Source: Gammaproteobacteria bacterium (GTDB lineage: Bacteria > Pseudomonadota > Gammaproteobacteria > GCA-001735895). Taken from it: DNA of 64,000 bases. Each line of letters begins with the position of its first letter. The stretch's first letter is position 1. The notes under the pieces are model-generated. The model saw nothing but the letters and a program-made list of their open reading frames with translations. It had not been told where the DNA came from and made no database searches. Positions 22,553-33,700 of the stretch are shown piece by piece. The translations under genes were made by a program, and so were the position numbers. Where the stretch lies: contig JALSKD010000177.1 in assembly GCA_026989015.1 (NCBI GenBank), forward strand, positions 64,401-128,400, in the 5' to 3' direction.

Positions 22553-23358
22553 ACCGTTACATCGACATCGGCGTCAATCTCGGCAACCGCCGTCTGCTGC
22601 CCCGTGCCCAGGCGCTGATCGTGGAAGCCGCCGCGGCCGGCGTCGAAGGCCAGATCGTCACCGCCACCTCGCTGCAGCAGAGCCAGGTGGCGCAGGAGCT
22701 GTGCCAGCGCTTTCCGCGGCATCTGCGTTGTACCTGCGGCGTGCACCCGCATGACGCCAGTGAATGGAACGCGGACACGGCTCATCGGATCGAAAGGCTG
22801 GCCATCGCCAAAAGCGTCGCTGCCATCGGCGAAACCGGGCTCGATTACAACCGCAACTTCTCACCCCGCGCGCATCAGCTGGAAGCCTTTGAGGCCCAGC
22901 TGGAGCTGGCCGCCCGCCTTGGCATGCCGGTGTTTCTGCACCAGCGCGACGCGCTGGATGACTTCACCACCCTGCTCGCCCGCTACCGGGACCGTCTGCC
23001 CGGCGCGGTGGCCCACTGCTTTACCGAGGGTCGTGACGCCCTGTTCCGCCTGCTCGACCTGGACTGCCACATCGGCATCACCGGCTGGATCTGCGACGAA
23101 CGCCGCGGCCAGTCCCTGCAGCAGGCGGTCACGGAGATCCCGGACGACCGCCTGATGCTGGAAACCGACGCCCCCTACCTGCTGCCGCGCGACCTGCCCG
23201 ATCCCCCGGCGGACAAGACCAACCGTCCGCGGTACCTGCCCCATGTCGCCGCCACCGTGGCCCGGCTCCAGGGCAGGCCGCTGGAGCAGCTGGCCGACGC
23301 GGTATGGAACACGACCGTCCGGTTCTTTCAATTCACGCCCGGGACCGATCCGTCATGA
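22549..23358 (+). CDS. TatD-family metal-dependent hydrolase
   Basis: IDIGVNL...CGVHPHDAS...GETGLDY...FLHQRDA are TatD motifs. Confidence 0.85.
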   Translation: MNRYIDIGVNLGNRRLLPRAQALIVEAAAAGVEGQIVTATSLQQSQVAQELCQRFPRHLRCTCGVHPHDASEWNADTAHRIERLAIAKSVAAIGETGLDYNRNFSPRAHQLEAFEAQLELAARLGMPVFLHQRDALDDFTTLLARYRDRLPGAVAHCFTEGRDALFRLLDLDCHIGITGWICDERRGQSLQQAVTEIPDDRLMLETDAPYLLPRDLPDPPADKTNRPRYLPHVAATVARLQGRPLEQLADAVWNTTVRFFQFTPGTDPS

Positions 23359-24167
23359 CCCTCCGCATCCATTCGTTGTACATCTATCCCATCAAGTCCT
23401 GTCAGGGCATCGGGCTCGAACGCGCCGAACTGGTCGATACCGGCCTGCGCTGGGACCGCCACTGGATGCTGGTCGACGACGAAGGGCAGTTTCTCAGCCA
23501 GCGCCGGGTGCCGGCCATGGCGCGCATCGCCACCGAGCTGACCGACGACGCACTGATCGCCCGCAGCGACGGCAGGCAGATCGAAATCCCGCTGCACAGC
23601 CCGGATGTGGACCGCATGCCGGTTCAGATCTGGAACGACCTGCTGCCCGGCAGCATCGTCTCCGAGGCCATCGATCGCTGGTTCAGCGAAGTGCTGGAGA
23701 CCTGCTGCCATCTGGTATATCTGCCCGAAAGCGTGCCCCGCCAGGTGGATCGAGACTATGCAGCGGAAGGCCGGACGGTGGGCTTTGCCGACAGCTTCCC
23801 GCTGCTGGTGGTCAGCCTGGAAAACCTGTTGCCGCTCAATGCGCGGCTGGAGCAGCCGGTCGGCATCGACCGTTTCCGGCCCAACATCGTCATCGAGGGC
23901 GGCCAGCCGCACGAGGAGGACGACTGGGCGGCGATCCGCATCGGCGACCTTGTCATCGACCTGCCCAAGCCCTGCTCCCGCTGCGTGATCCCCAGCATCG
24001 ACCAGCGGACCGCCGAGCAGGATTCGTCGATACTCAAGGCGCTGGCAGCATACCGCCGCGGCGAAGACGGCAAGATCTACTTCGGCCAGAACGGCCTGCA
24101 CCGAAGCAATGGCTGGATCGAGGTGGGACAGGCCGTCGAGCCGGTCAAAAAGCCCGTTCCCGACTGA
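23355..24167 (+). CDS. MOSC-domain protein
   Basis: YIYPIKSCQG...RFRPNIVIEG...CSRCVIP are MOSC N-terminal beta-barrel and MOSC-domain motifs. Confidence 0.8.
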   Translation: MTLRIHSLYIYPIKSCQGIGLERAELVDTGLRWDRHWMLVDDEGQFLSQRRVPAMARIATELTDDALIARSDGRQIEIPLHSPDVDRMPVQIWNDLLPGSIVSEAIDRWFSEVLETCCHLVYLPESVPRQVDRDYAAEGRTVGFADSFPLLVVSLENLLPLNARLEQPVGIDRFRPNIVIEGGQPHEEDDWAAIRIGDLVIDLPKPCSRCVIPSIDQRTAEQDSSILKALAAYRRGEDGKIYFGQNGLHRSNGWIEVGQAVEPVKKPVPD

Positions 24168-24185
24168 AGATCGGCCATTCATCCG

Positions 24186-24210
24186 TTGCCGCGCCTGCGG
24201 CGGTTTTTTT
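24186..24210 (+). terminator. Rho-independent terminator after the MOSC gene
   Basis: GCCGC-gcct-GCGGC stem followed by T7. Confidence 0.5.
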
Positions 24211-24297
24211 CCCGGCAAAGCGCGATCGAGGGTCTAGAATAAGCGTAGCCAGGGAGTCCGGCGCCGACGACAACCCGAGGTTTCATCCACGCGCATC

Positions 24298-25017
24298 ATG
24301 AACGACCAGACCCGGATCAATTTCTACGCCTCCCGCCCCGAACCCTGCGGCTATCTGGAGGGGCGCCAGTCCATTTCCGCCTTTGCCAACCCCTATGTGG
24401 ACATGGACGCCGACACCTACAACAACCTGATCCTGTTCGGCTTTCGCCGGTCCGGCGGTTACCTGTACCGCCCGCACTGCCCGGACTGCACGGCCTGCAT
24501 CTCGCTGCGGGTGCGGGTTGAGGATCACCGGCTTTCACGCAACGACCGCAAGAACCTGCGCCGCAACGCCGACCTGTCGGTCCAGATCGCTCCGGCGAAG
24601 TTCTTCGAGGAACATTACGAACTCTACCGCCGCTACATCGACACCCGCCATGCCGACGGCAGCATGGCCAACCCCAGCCGGGCCGACTACCACCGTTTTC
24701 TGATCTGCGACTGGGCGGAGACCCGCTTCGTGGAATTTCGCCAGGGACGCCGCTTGCTGGGCGTGGCGGTCACCGATGTCACCGAAAGCGGCCTGTCGGC
24801 GGTCTATACCTTTTTCGACCCGGAACTCGGGGAGCGCAGCCTCGGCCATTTCGCCATCCTGTCGCAGATCGCGATGGCGCGGGAACAGGGCTACCCCTAC
24901 CTCTACCTGGGCTACTGGATCGAAGGCTGCGACAAGATGCGCTACAAGGCGCGCTACCGGCCGGCCGAGATTTTCGTCAACGATCAGTGGGTGGAGCTGG
25001 ATTCGCGCGACCGTTGA
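24298..25017 (+). CDS. bpt: Arginyl/aspartyl-glutamyl tRNA-protein transferase (Bpt)
   Basis: YLYRPHCPDCTACISLRV...FFDPE...LGYWIEGC are ATE1-family bacterial Bpt motifs. Confidence 0.85.
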   Translation: MNDQTRINFYASRPEPCGYLEGRQSISAFANPYVDMDADTYNNLILFGFRRSGGYLYRPHCPDCTACISLRVRVEDHRLSRNDRKNLRRNADLSVQIAPAKFFEEHYELYRRYIDTRHADGSMANPSRADYHRFLICDWAETRFVEFRQGRRLLGVAVTDVTESGLSAVYTFFDPELGERSLGHFAILSQIAMAREQGYPYLYLGYWIEGCDKMRYKARYRPAEIFVNDQWVELDSRDR

Positions 25018-25228
25018 ACGCCAGCCACAGGCGTATCGACAGCAGCAGCCACGGCAGAGCGTGCAGGCACAGATCGAAGATATCGACCGGCCGCGACAGG
25101 CTGCCGTCGAGCAGCATGCCCAGCTTCTCCAGCAGGTGCGGCTGCGGCCGGAACGGGGCCAGCCCCAGGGTGAAGGCGAACACCAGATAGAACAGCAGCG
25201 GGACTTCGGCGATCTTCTTCAGCATCAT
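24977..25228 (-). CDS. Small membrane protein (83 aa), start overlapping the upstream stop
   Basis: ATGATG start overlaps the TGA of the upstream phosphatase gene (ATGA). Two hydrophobic helices. Its 3' end overlaps the bpt 3' end by about 41 nt on the opposite strand. Confidence 0.4.
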   Translation of the reverse strand: MMLKKIAEVPLLFYLVFAFTLGLAPFRPQPHLLEKLGMLLDGSLSRPVDIFDLCLHALPWLLLSIRLWLAFNGRANPAPPTDR

Positions 25229-26007
25229 TCGCCCCCACCATGGATCAGGTCGAATACCCGGCGGTGGTAGTCCGCCGAACTGCAGGCCAGCACCGAGCGC
25301 GTATCGAGGATCGGCGGCTTGCCGTCCAGATCGGTGAACACCCCACCGGCTTCGCGCACGATCACCGACAATGCCGCAATATCGAGTATGTTCACATCCG
25401 ATTCGACGATGATCTCGATTTTTCCGCTGGCCAACAGGTGGTAGTGGTAGAAATCCCCATAGCCGCGGGTGCGGTTGACCTGTCGGGCCAGCCGGCCCAG
25501 CCCGTCCCAGCCCTGCGCATCGGCCGCCAGACTGGCGATGTTGCCGGTGGACAGGGCCGCGTCGCGCATCTCGGTCAGGGCGCTGACCCGGATCGGCCGA
25601 TCGTTGAGGTAAGCGCCCTCGCCACGGCTGGCCCAGGCCAGTTCGTTGAACATCACCCCGTTGGACACTCCGACCACCAGCTCGCCCCGGTGCATCAGTG
25701 CGATCTGGGTGGAAAAGAACGGGTACTGGCGGACGAAGGCCTTGGTGCCGTCGATCGGGTCGATCAGCCAGGTGTATTCGGCATCGGGGTTGCTGTGGCC
25801 GGTTTCCTCGCCGTAGAAACCGTGATCGGGAAAGGCGCCGAGTATCACCTCCCGGATCTTCTGCTCGGTCTCCACATCGGCCACGGTGACCGGCGTGTAG
25901 TCCTCCTTCATCGTGACCTTCACATTGGCCTCGTAGTAATGGCGAATGACTTCCTCGCCGGCCCGCGCCGCCTCCAGTGCGACCGAAAGATGGGGGTTGT
26001 TGCTCAT
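25225..26007 (-). CDS. Inositol monophosphatase family protein (SuhB/HisN-like)
   Basis: Motifs WLIDPIDGT and DAAL...WD. ATG at 26007 (MSNNPHL). Confidence 0.8.
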   Translation of the reverse strand: MSNNPHLSVALEAARAGEEVIRHYYEANVKVTMKEDYTPVTVADVETEQKIREVILGAFPDHGFYGEETGHSNPDAEYTWLIDPIDGTKAFVRQYPFFSTQIALMHRGELVVGVSNGVMFNELAWASRGEGAYLNDRPIRVSALTEMRDAALSTGNIASLAADAQGWDGLGRLARQVNRTRGYGDFYHYHLLASGKIEIIVESDVNILDIAALSVIVREAGGVFTDLDGKPPILDTRSVLACSSADYHRRVFDLIHGGGE

Positions 26008-26108
26008 GGAATGGGTCCTGTAACAAATCGGCTCATGGTACTGCAAAGGTGGCTGACGCGGAATCGCCCGTTCGGCATAATGAGGCGTTTTGAAACGCGA
26101 GAAATGCA

Positions 26109-26888
26109 ATGAAGGATCCCGTGGTACTGATCGGCATCGGTGAAATGGGCGGCGTCTTTGCACGCGGCCTGCTGCGTGCCGGATATCCGGTGTTTCCGGC
26201 TCGGCGCGATGACGATCTCTCCACCCTGGCCGAGGCACTGCCCTCTCCGGCGCTGGTGCTGGTGGCGGTGGGCGAAAGCGACCTGCACCCGGTGCTGGAA
26301 CGCCTGCCCGAGGCCTGGAAGCAAAGGCTCGGCCTGCTGCAGAACGAATTGCTGCCCCGGGATTGGCAGGCCCATGACATCACCGAGCCCACCGAGATCT
26401 CGGTCTGGTTCGAGAAGAAGCCGGGGCAGGATGTGAAGGTGTTGGTGCCTTCACCGGTGCATGGCCCCGGGGCCGGCATTCTGGTCGAGGCACTGGAAAG
26501 CCTGGGTATCCCTGCCCTGTGCATCGACAGAAAAGACGACATGCTGTTCGAACTGGTGCGCAAAAACCTCTACATCCTCACCACCAATATCGCCGGTCTG
26601 GAAACCGGCGGTACGGTCAAGGCGCTCTGGGATGACCACAGCCTGTTGATGAACCGGGTGTTCGACGATGTGCTGAAGCTGCAGGAACACCTCACCGGGC
26701 AGCACTTCGATCGCGATCGACTGCTGGCGGCGGTGCTCGAAGCCTTCGACGGCGACCCCGATCACCGCTGCATGGGCCGCAGCGCACCGGCCCGCCTGCA
26801 ACGGGCGCTGGCAATCGCCGATCAGGCCGGCATCGAGGTGCCGGAACTGCGGCGCATCGCCCGCGAGCGGCTGCAAAAACCGGACTGA
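26109..26888 (+). CDS. Putative NAD(P)-binding Rossmann oxidoreductase (ketopantoate-reductase / DUF2520-like)
   Basis: N-terminal VVLIGIGEMGG GxGxxG motif. No precise family assignment is possible by eye. Confidence 0.5.
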   Translation: MKDPVVLIGIGEMGGVFARGLLRAGYPVFPARRDDDLSTLAEALPSPALVLVAVGESDLHPVLERLPEAWKQRLGLLQNELLPRDWQAHDITEPTEISVWFEKKPGQDVKVLVPSPVHGPGAGILVEALESLGIPALCIDRKDDMLFELVRKNLYILTTNIAGLETGGTVKALWDDHSLLMNRVFDDVLKLQEHLTGQHFDRDRLLAAVLEAFDGDPDHRCMGRSAPARLQRALAIADQAGIEVPELRRIARERLQKPD

Positions 26889-26892
26889 GTTT

Positions 26893-27762
26893 TCAGAACA
26901 GCAGCGTCAGCGCCAGGACCAGCAGCAACCAGATCACCAGCGCCCGCAGCACCAGGCCGCGCGCCTTGCGCAACTCGGCAGCCGCCGACTCGGGAGCGGT
27001 GATGCGTTCGGCCAATCCGATGGCTGCCGCACCCACCTGGCGCAGCAACTCGGTATTCTGCTCATGGAGGTCGGCGGCCAGCGACACGCCCCGCCTGAAG
27101 GCCTGCCAGCCGTCGTCGAAGCGACCCGCAATCATATATGCGAATGCCGTTATCCGCGCCGGAATCCAATCCATCCAGCCCAGCAGCTCACGGGCCACGG
27201 CCCGCAGACTCTGCAACGATTCATCGAGCAGATCCGCCTGACGCTGGAAGCGTTCGAGTATCCGGTAGGCAACGGCCCCCACCGGCCCCAGCACCACGAA
27301 CCAGAATACCGGTCCGTAGATGCGGATCAATGCCTCGGAGAACAGCGCCCGGCACATGCCCTCGGCCTGCTCCGGCAGGGCTTCCGGCGCATCCTGACCC
27401 AGCAGCGGCATGGCGGCGGACCGGCGGGCCTGTGGGTCGTCGTCATCGAGCGTATCCAGGTAATCGTCCACCTGGGGATCCAGTTCATCCGGCCCCAGGC
27501 TCAGGTAAATCACGATGACGCCGAAAGCCAGCTCGAACAGGCCGAACAAGGCATTGTGGAACATCGAGGACAGCAGCCACACCGCCAGCAGCAGCGGAGC
27601 CATCAGCACCGCCAGCGCGCCCCAGGGACCCAGCTTGTCGATCTGCAGCACCTCGAGCATCCAGCGGCTGTAGTCGCGCAGGCCATCGAAGCGGCGGAAG
27701 GATTTCAGTTGCGGCAGGCTGCGTTCCAGCAGCAGCGCGATGATCAGGCTCAGAACGGTCAT
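26893..27762 (-). CDS. ampE: Regulatory membrane protein AmpE
   Basis: Membrane protein directly downstream of ampD with an overlapping start (ATGA). Family resemblance to AmpE. Confidence 0.75.
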   Translation of the reverse strand: MTVLSLIIALLLERSLPQLKSFRRFDGLRDYSRWMLEVLQIDKLGPWGALAVLMAPLLLAVWLLSSMFHNALFGLFELAFGVIVIYLSLGPDELDPQVDDYLDTLDDDDPQARRSAAMPLLGQDAPEALPEQAEGMCRALFSEALIRIYGPVFWFVVLGPVGAVAYRILERFQRQADLLDESLQSLRAVARELLGWMDWIPARITAFAYMIAGRFDDGWQAFRRGVSLAADLHEQNTELLRQVGAAAIGLAERITAPESAAAELRKARGLVLRALVIWLLLVLALTLLF

Positions 27763-28337
27763 GTCGTGGTATCGGCAGAAAGGTTCAGCAACTCATGGAA
27801 GCCGGCCCAGTCGAAACCGGGCCCGGGGTCGGTCTTGCGCCCCGGAGCGATGTCACTGTGGCCACAGATGGCCGGCTCCGGCATGGCAATGTGCAGCGCA
27901 GGATACCGCTTGCCCAGGGCGATTGCCAGCCGCGCCAGCTGCGCGTACTGGGCGCTCTCGAAACCGTCCTCGTCGCAGCCTTCCAGTTCGATGCCGATCG
28001 AGAAATCGTTGCAGCGCTCGCGTCCCCGCCAGCAGGACTCACCGGCATGCCAGGCGCGGTCATCGAAGGAGACGAACTGGGTCAGCCGGCCGTCACGCTC
28101 GATCAGGCAGTGAGCGGACACCTCGAGATCGGCGATTTCTGCAAAATACGGATGCGCGCCGGCATCCAGCCGGTTCCGGAAGAAGGCCCGGATGTAACCG
28201 CCGCCGTACTCGCCCGGCGGCAGGCTGATCGCGTGCACCACCAGCAGCTCGATGTCGCAGCCCGGTGGCCGCGCATCAAAGTTGGGTGACGGACAATGTG
28301 TCGCGCCGATCAGCCAGCCCGCGTCGTCGATCTTCAA
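27759..28337 (-). CDS. ampD: 1,6-anhydro-N-acetylmuramyl-L-alanine amidase AmpD
   Basis: GWLIGATHCPSPNFDARP...LLVVHAISLPPGEYGG aligns to E. coli AmpD. The apparent start is TTG. Confidence 0.9.
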   Translation of the reverse strand: MKIDDAGWLIGATHCPSPNFDARPPGCDIELLVVHAISLPPGEYGGGYIRAFFRNRLDAGAHPYFAEIADLEVSAHCLIERDGRLTQFVSFDDRAWHAGESCWRGRERCNDFSIGIELEGCDEDGFESAQYAQLARLAIALGKRYPALHIAMPEPAICGHSDIAPGRKTDPGPGFDWAGFHELLNLSADTTT

Positions 28338-28395
28338 CTCAATACCCCGGATGGTTTATGCCCCATGGACTTCCCGGCACGATAGAATAGCCGTC

Positions 28396-30405
<2,010 letters not shown>

Positions 30406-30533
30406 AAGACCTGGGTCTGCCTGCCGCTTGATCCTGATCACTGTATAAGCAAAACTTTTCTTCGCCCGCGGCATCATAAGGAGTAGCATGAAATCGTCCA
30501 CAGTGGACGACCCACCCGTCAGGAGGATGCCCG

Positions 30534-30734
30534 ATGAACACCGAATCCCGAACCCCATGGAAACTGCTGCCCCTGTTGCTGCTGTTGGCCGGCGGCTTGA
30601 ACACCGCCCCCGCCCTCGCACAGCAGGACGACAGCAAGGCCACGGCAACCGACGAACAGACGGCCGCAGGCGAAGAGGCCCAGAAAAAGAAAAAAGCCGC
30701 GGAAGGCGAGGAAGAAGAACCCGACTGCGAATGA
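30534..30734 (+). CDS. Small secreted acidic peptide (signal peptide, Glu/Lys-rich tail ending CE)
   Basis: AGGAGG Shine-Dalgarno 7 nt upstream of the ATG. N-terminal signal peptide LLPLLLLLAGGLNTAPALA. Confidence 0.35.
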   Translation: MNTESRTPWKLLPLLLLLAGGLNTAPALAQQDDSKATATDEQTAAGEEAQKKKKAAEGEEEEPDCE

Positions 30735-30750
30735 CAGCGGGTTCCCGATG

Positions 30751-30781
30751 CACGGCCCGGACGCCTGTGGTCCGGGCCGTG
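30751..30781. terminator. 12-bp GC hairpin between convergent genes; possible bidirectional terminator (no U-tract)
   Basis: CACGGCCCGGAC-gcctgt-GGTCCGGGCCGTG. Confidence 0.3.
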
Positions 30782-30791
30782 TTCGGAGCGC

Positions 30792-31415
30792 TTACTGGGC
30801 GATCTTGTCGCCCTTCTGATGGCCGGCCAGACCGGTTACGGCGGAAGGGTCCACCTCATACAGCGCCGGCAGTGAATGGGCGATGCCCTTGTGGCAATCG
30901 ATGCAGGTCTTGCCCTCGTCGAAGCCCTTGATGTGGTTTTTCATCGCCCGACGCTGTTGCTTGGTGTAGTCCATCGACTCCCAGTCGTGGCAGTTCCGGC
31001 ACTCCCGGGAATCCGTATCCTTCATGGCCTTCCAGACATGCCGCGCCAGTTCGAGCCGCTTGGCCTCGAACTTCTCCGGCGTATCGATGGTGCCCAGCAC
31101 CTTGTGCAGCAACTCGTTGGAGGCCTGCACCTTGCGGATCATCTTGTAGACCCAGGGCTTGGGCACATGGCAGTCCGGACAGGTGGCGCGCACCCCGCTG
31201 CGGTTGGCATAGTGGATGGTATCCTGGTATTCCACATAGACATTCTCTTCCATCTCGTGGCAGGAGATGCAGAACTTCTCGGTATTGGTGGCCTCCATCG
31301 CGGTATTGAATCCGCCCCAGAAAACGATACCAGCAACAAAACCCAGGAACAGTATGGCACCGAGCGATTTCTTGCTCGGCCGCTTCAGTGTGTCAACTAT
31401 CGATCGAATACTCAT
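30792..31415 (-). CDS. napC: Tetrahaem cytochrome c NapC (NapC/NirT family)
   Basis: An N-terminal TM helix and four CxxCH motifs. Confidence 0.9.
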   Translation of the reverse strand: MSIRSIVDTLKRPSKKSLGAILFLGFVAGIVFWGGFNTAMEATNTEKFCISCHEMEENVYVEYQDTIHYANRSGVRATCPDCHVPKPWVYKMIRKVQASNELLHKVLGTIDTPEKFEAKRLELARHVWKAMKDTDSRECRNCHDWESMDYTKQQRRAMKNHIKGFDEGKTCIDCHKGIAHSLPALYEVDPSAVTGLAGHQKGDKIAQ

Positions 31416-31441
31416 GTCAGTCTCTCGCTCCGGTCAGCGTC

Positions 31442-31876
31442 TCAGCGCAAGGCTTCGACGGGCTGGAACTTGTTCTCGACCAGCGGCTGGGCATCCACCT
31501 GTGGCACATGGCACTGGGTGCAGAAATAGCGCCGCGCGGAGACATTGGCCAGCACATTGGCGTCACGGTCCTCGAAATGGGTCTGACTGATCTTGGTGGC
31601 GCCATAGCGCTTGTAGTTCTTCCAGCTGTGGCAGGTCAGGCACTTGTTGAACTTGAGGGTGATCTTGTAGTTGTCGATCTTGTGGGGCACCAGCGGCGGC
31701 TGCTGCACATAATCCCGCGGTATCGGATCGCGATCCGGTTGCACCTTCTTGATGTCCACCGGCGCCGAGGGGCCTTCGATATCCATCGCGCCACGCAGAG
31801 ACTGCACATCGCCCGCCCAGCCGGCAAAGGACAGGCCAAGCAACAAGCCGAGGATGAGGAACGGTGATTTTTTCAT
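31442..31876 (-). CDS. napB: Dihaem cytochrome c NapB
   Basis: Signal peptide and two CxxCH motifs (CLTCH, CTQCH). Confidence 0.9.
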   Translation of the reverse strand: MKKSPFLILGLLLGLSFAGWAGDVQSLRGAMDIEGPSAPVDIKKVQPDRDPIPRDYVQQPPLVPHKIDNYKITLKFNKCLTCHSWKNYKRYGATKISQTHFEDRDANVLANVSARRYFCTQCHVPQVDAQPLVENKFQPVEALR

Positions 31877-32820
31877 GGTAAGACCTCTCTCTGATGGGAC
31901 TGTTTAACGGGTTCGGCCGGGTCGCTGTCGGCCGGATGGCCGACCCGGTCGTTGAAACGCAGGTCGAAACGGAAGACTTCGGTGCTGCAGATGTCGATGC
32001 AGCGCCCGCAATTGGTGCAATTGATGTCCTTGATGATGCTGGTGGGCCGGCCGTTCTTTTTCAGCACCGGTGTGATGACCTTCTGCTCCGGGCAGACCGC
32101 GAAACATTCCATGCAGCGGTCGCAGCGGTCCAGCGCCACCGCGTTGACGCGGATCAGGCTGGTCTTGCCCAGCAGGCTGTAGAAGGCGCCGACCGGACAC
32201 AGGTGGCCGCACCAGGCGCGGCGACTGATGAAGGCGTCGAGCAGGAAGATCATCAGGATGATCGCCCAGGCCATGCCCATACCGAAGATCAACGCGCGCT
32301 GCACCATCGACACCGGGTTGACGAATTCCCAGGCGATGATACCCAGCGCCGCGGAGACGCCCAGCACGGCGGCCAGGAACCAGTAGCGGTTGGCGCGCGA
32401 CAGCTTGAGTTCGGACTTGATGTTGAGTTGGGTGCGCAACCACTGGGCCGCATCGGTGACGATATTGATCGGGCAGACCCAGGAACAGTAGGCACGGCCA
32501 CCGATCAGCATGTAGAAGGCCAAAACGATCAGTGCACCGATGACCGCCGTCATCTCCGGCAGGTAGCCGGCCGCCAGGGTCTGCAGCAACACGAAGGGAT
32601 CGGTCAGCGGCAATACATCCAGGGTCAGGCTGGAGGCCAGGTTGCCCTTGACGATCCAGATACCGAACCAGGGCCCGATGAGGAACAGGGCCAGTATCGT
32701 GATTTGCGAAAACCTGCGCAAAATCAACCATTTGCAGGTTTTCCAGAAACCCTTGACGCGCAGCGCCTCCCGGCCCAGCTCGCTCGGCGGGGTGGCCTTC
32801 TTCTTCGCCGCGACCGCCAT
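31873..32820 (-). CDS. napH: Membrane-bound ferredoxin-type protein NapH
   Basis: 4 TM helices plus CxxCxxxCP motifs. Start overlaps the napG stop. Confidence 0.9.
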   Translation of the reverse strand: MAVAAKKKATPPSELGREALRVKGFWKTCKWLILRRFSQITILALFLIGPWFGIWIVKGNLASSLTLDVLPLTDPFVLLQTLAAGYLPEMTAVIGALIVLAFYMLIGGRAYCSWVCPINIVTDAAQWLRTQLNIKSELKLSRANRYWFLAAVLGVSAALGIIAWEFVNPVSMVQRALIFGMGMAWAIILMIFLLDAFISRRAWCGHLCPVGAFYSLLGKTSLIRVNAVALDRCDRCMECFAVCPEQKVITPVLKKNGRPTSIIKDINCTNCGRCIDICSTEVFRFDLRFNDRVGHPADSDPAEPVKQSHQREVLP

Positions 32821-33674
32821 CACTTGAAGCCTCTGTTGAGGGTGTCGAGCGCGCTGTTGCCAAAGGGCGTGGCGTCGTCACCCTGCTGTTCGCGGATCAG
32901 CCCCTGGCCTTCGTAGTCGTAGCGCTGGCCTTCGGGCAATGTGTAGCGGTGCTCCAGATCCGGGGTCACCAGGCTGCCGCCCGCCTTCTGCTTCTCTTCC
33001 CAGCCGAGGCGGTAATAGTTGCCCATTTCGCCCATCGCCAGATGGCGGGGGAGCACCTTGATGGTGGCGGTCTCGACCACGCAGGCATGTTCGCACTTGC
33101 CGCAGCCGGTACAGTGATCGGAGTGCACGGTGGGAATGAAGAAGGCATGCTTCCCGGTGCGCTTGTTGGGCTTGAGTTCCAGCGTGATCGCCTTGCCGTG
33201 TACCGGGCATACGTTGTAACAGACCTCGCAGCGCAAGCCCTGAAACGCGATGCAGTTTTCCTGATCGATCAGCACCGCCAGACCCATGTCCGCCTCGTCG
33301 ATGTCGGTGAGGCCGGGATCCAGCGCGCCGGTGGGACAGGCCTTGACGCAGGGTATGTCCTCGCACATTTCGCAGGGGATCTTGCGGGCCTCGAACCAGG
33401 GCGTACCCAGCGGCACCTCCTCGCCGACCTCGGCCAGCTTGAGGGTGTCGTAGGGACAGCCGCGCACACACAATCCGCAGCGGATGCAGGCGGCGAGGAA
33501 TTCATCTTCGTCGTTGACACCGGGCGGGCGGATGGCAGTGGCCGGCAACGAGCGGGCCGGACCGGCATAGAGACCGATGCCCAGCCCCGCAATGCCGGCT
33601 GCGCTGGCGCCCTTGAGCAGTCCGATCAGGAACCGCCGCCGGCTCTGCCGCGCCCGTTTCTCACTGTCGTTCAT
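32820..33674 (-). CDS. napG: Periplasmic ferredoxin-type protein NapG
   Basis: Tat signal (RRRFLIGLL) and four 4Fe-4S cysteine clusters. Confidence 0.9.
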   Translation of the reverse strand: MNDSEKRARQSRRRFLIGLLKGASAAGIAGLGIGLYAGPARSLPATAIRPPGVNDEDEFLAACIRCGLCVRGCPYDTLKLAEVGEEVPLGTPWFEARKIPCEMCEDIPCVKACPTGALDPGLTDIDEADMGLAVLIDQENCIAFQGLRCEVCYNVCPVHGKAITLELKPNKRTGKHAFFIPTVHSDHCTGCGKCEHACVVETATIKVLPRHLAMGEMGNYYRLGWEEKQKAGGSLVTPDLEHRYTLPEGQRYDYEGQGLIREQQGDDATPFGNSALDTLNRGFK

Positions 33675-33700
33675 GCCACTGCCCCGTCAGCCCGCGTCGG

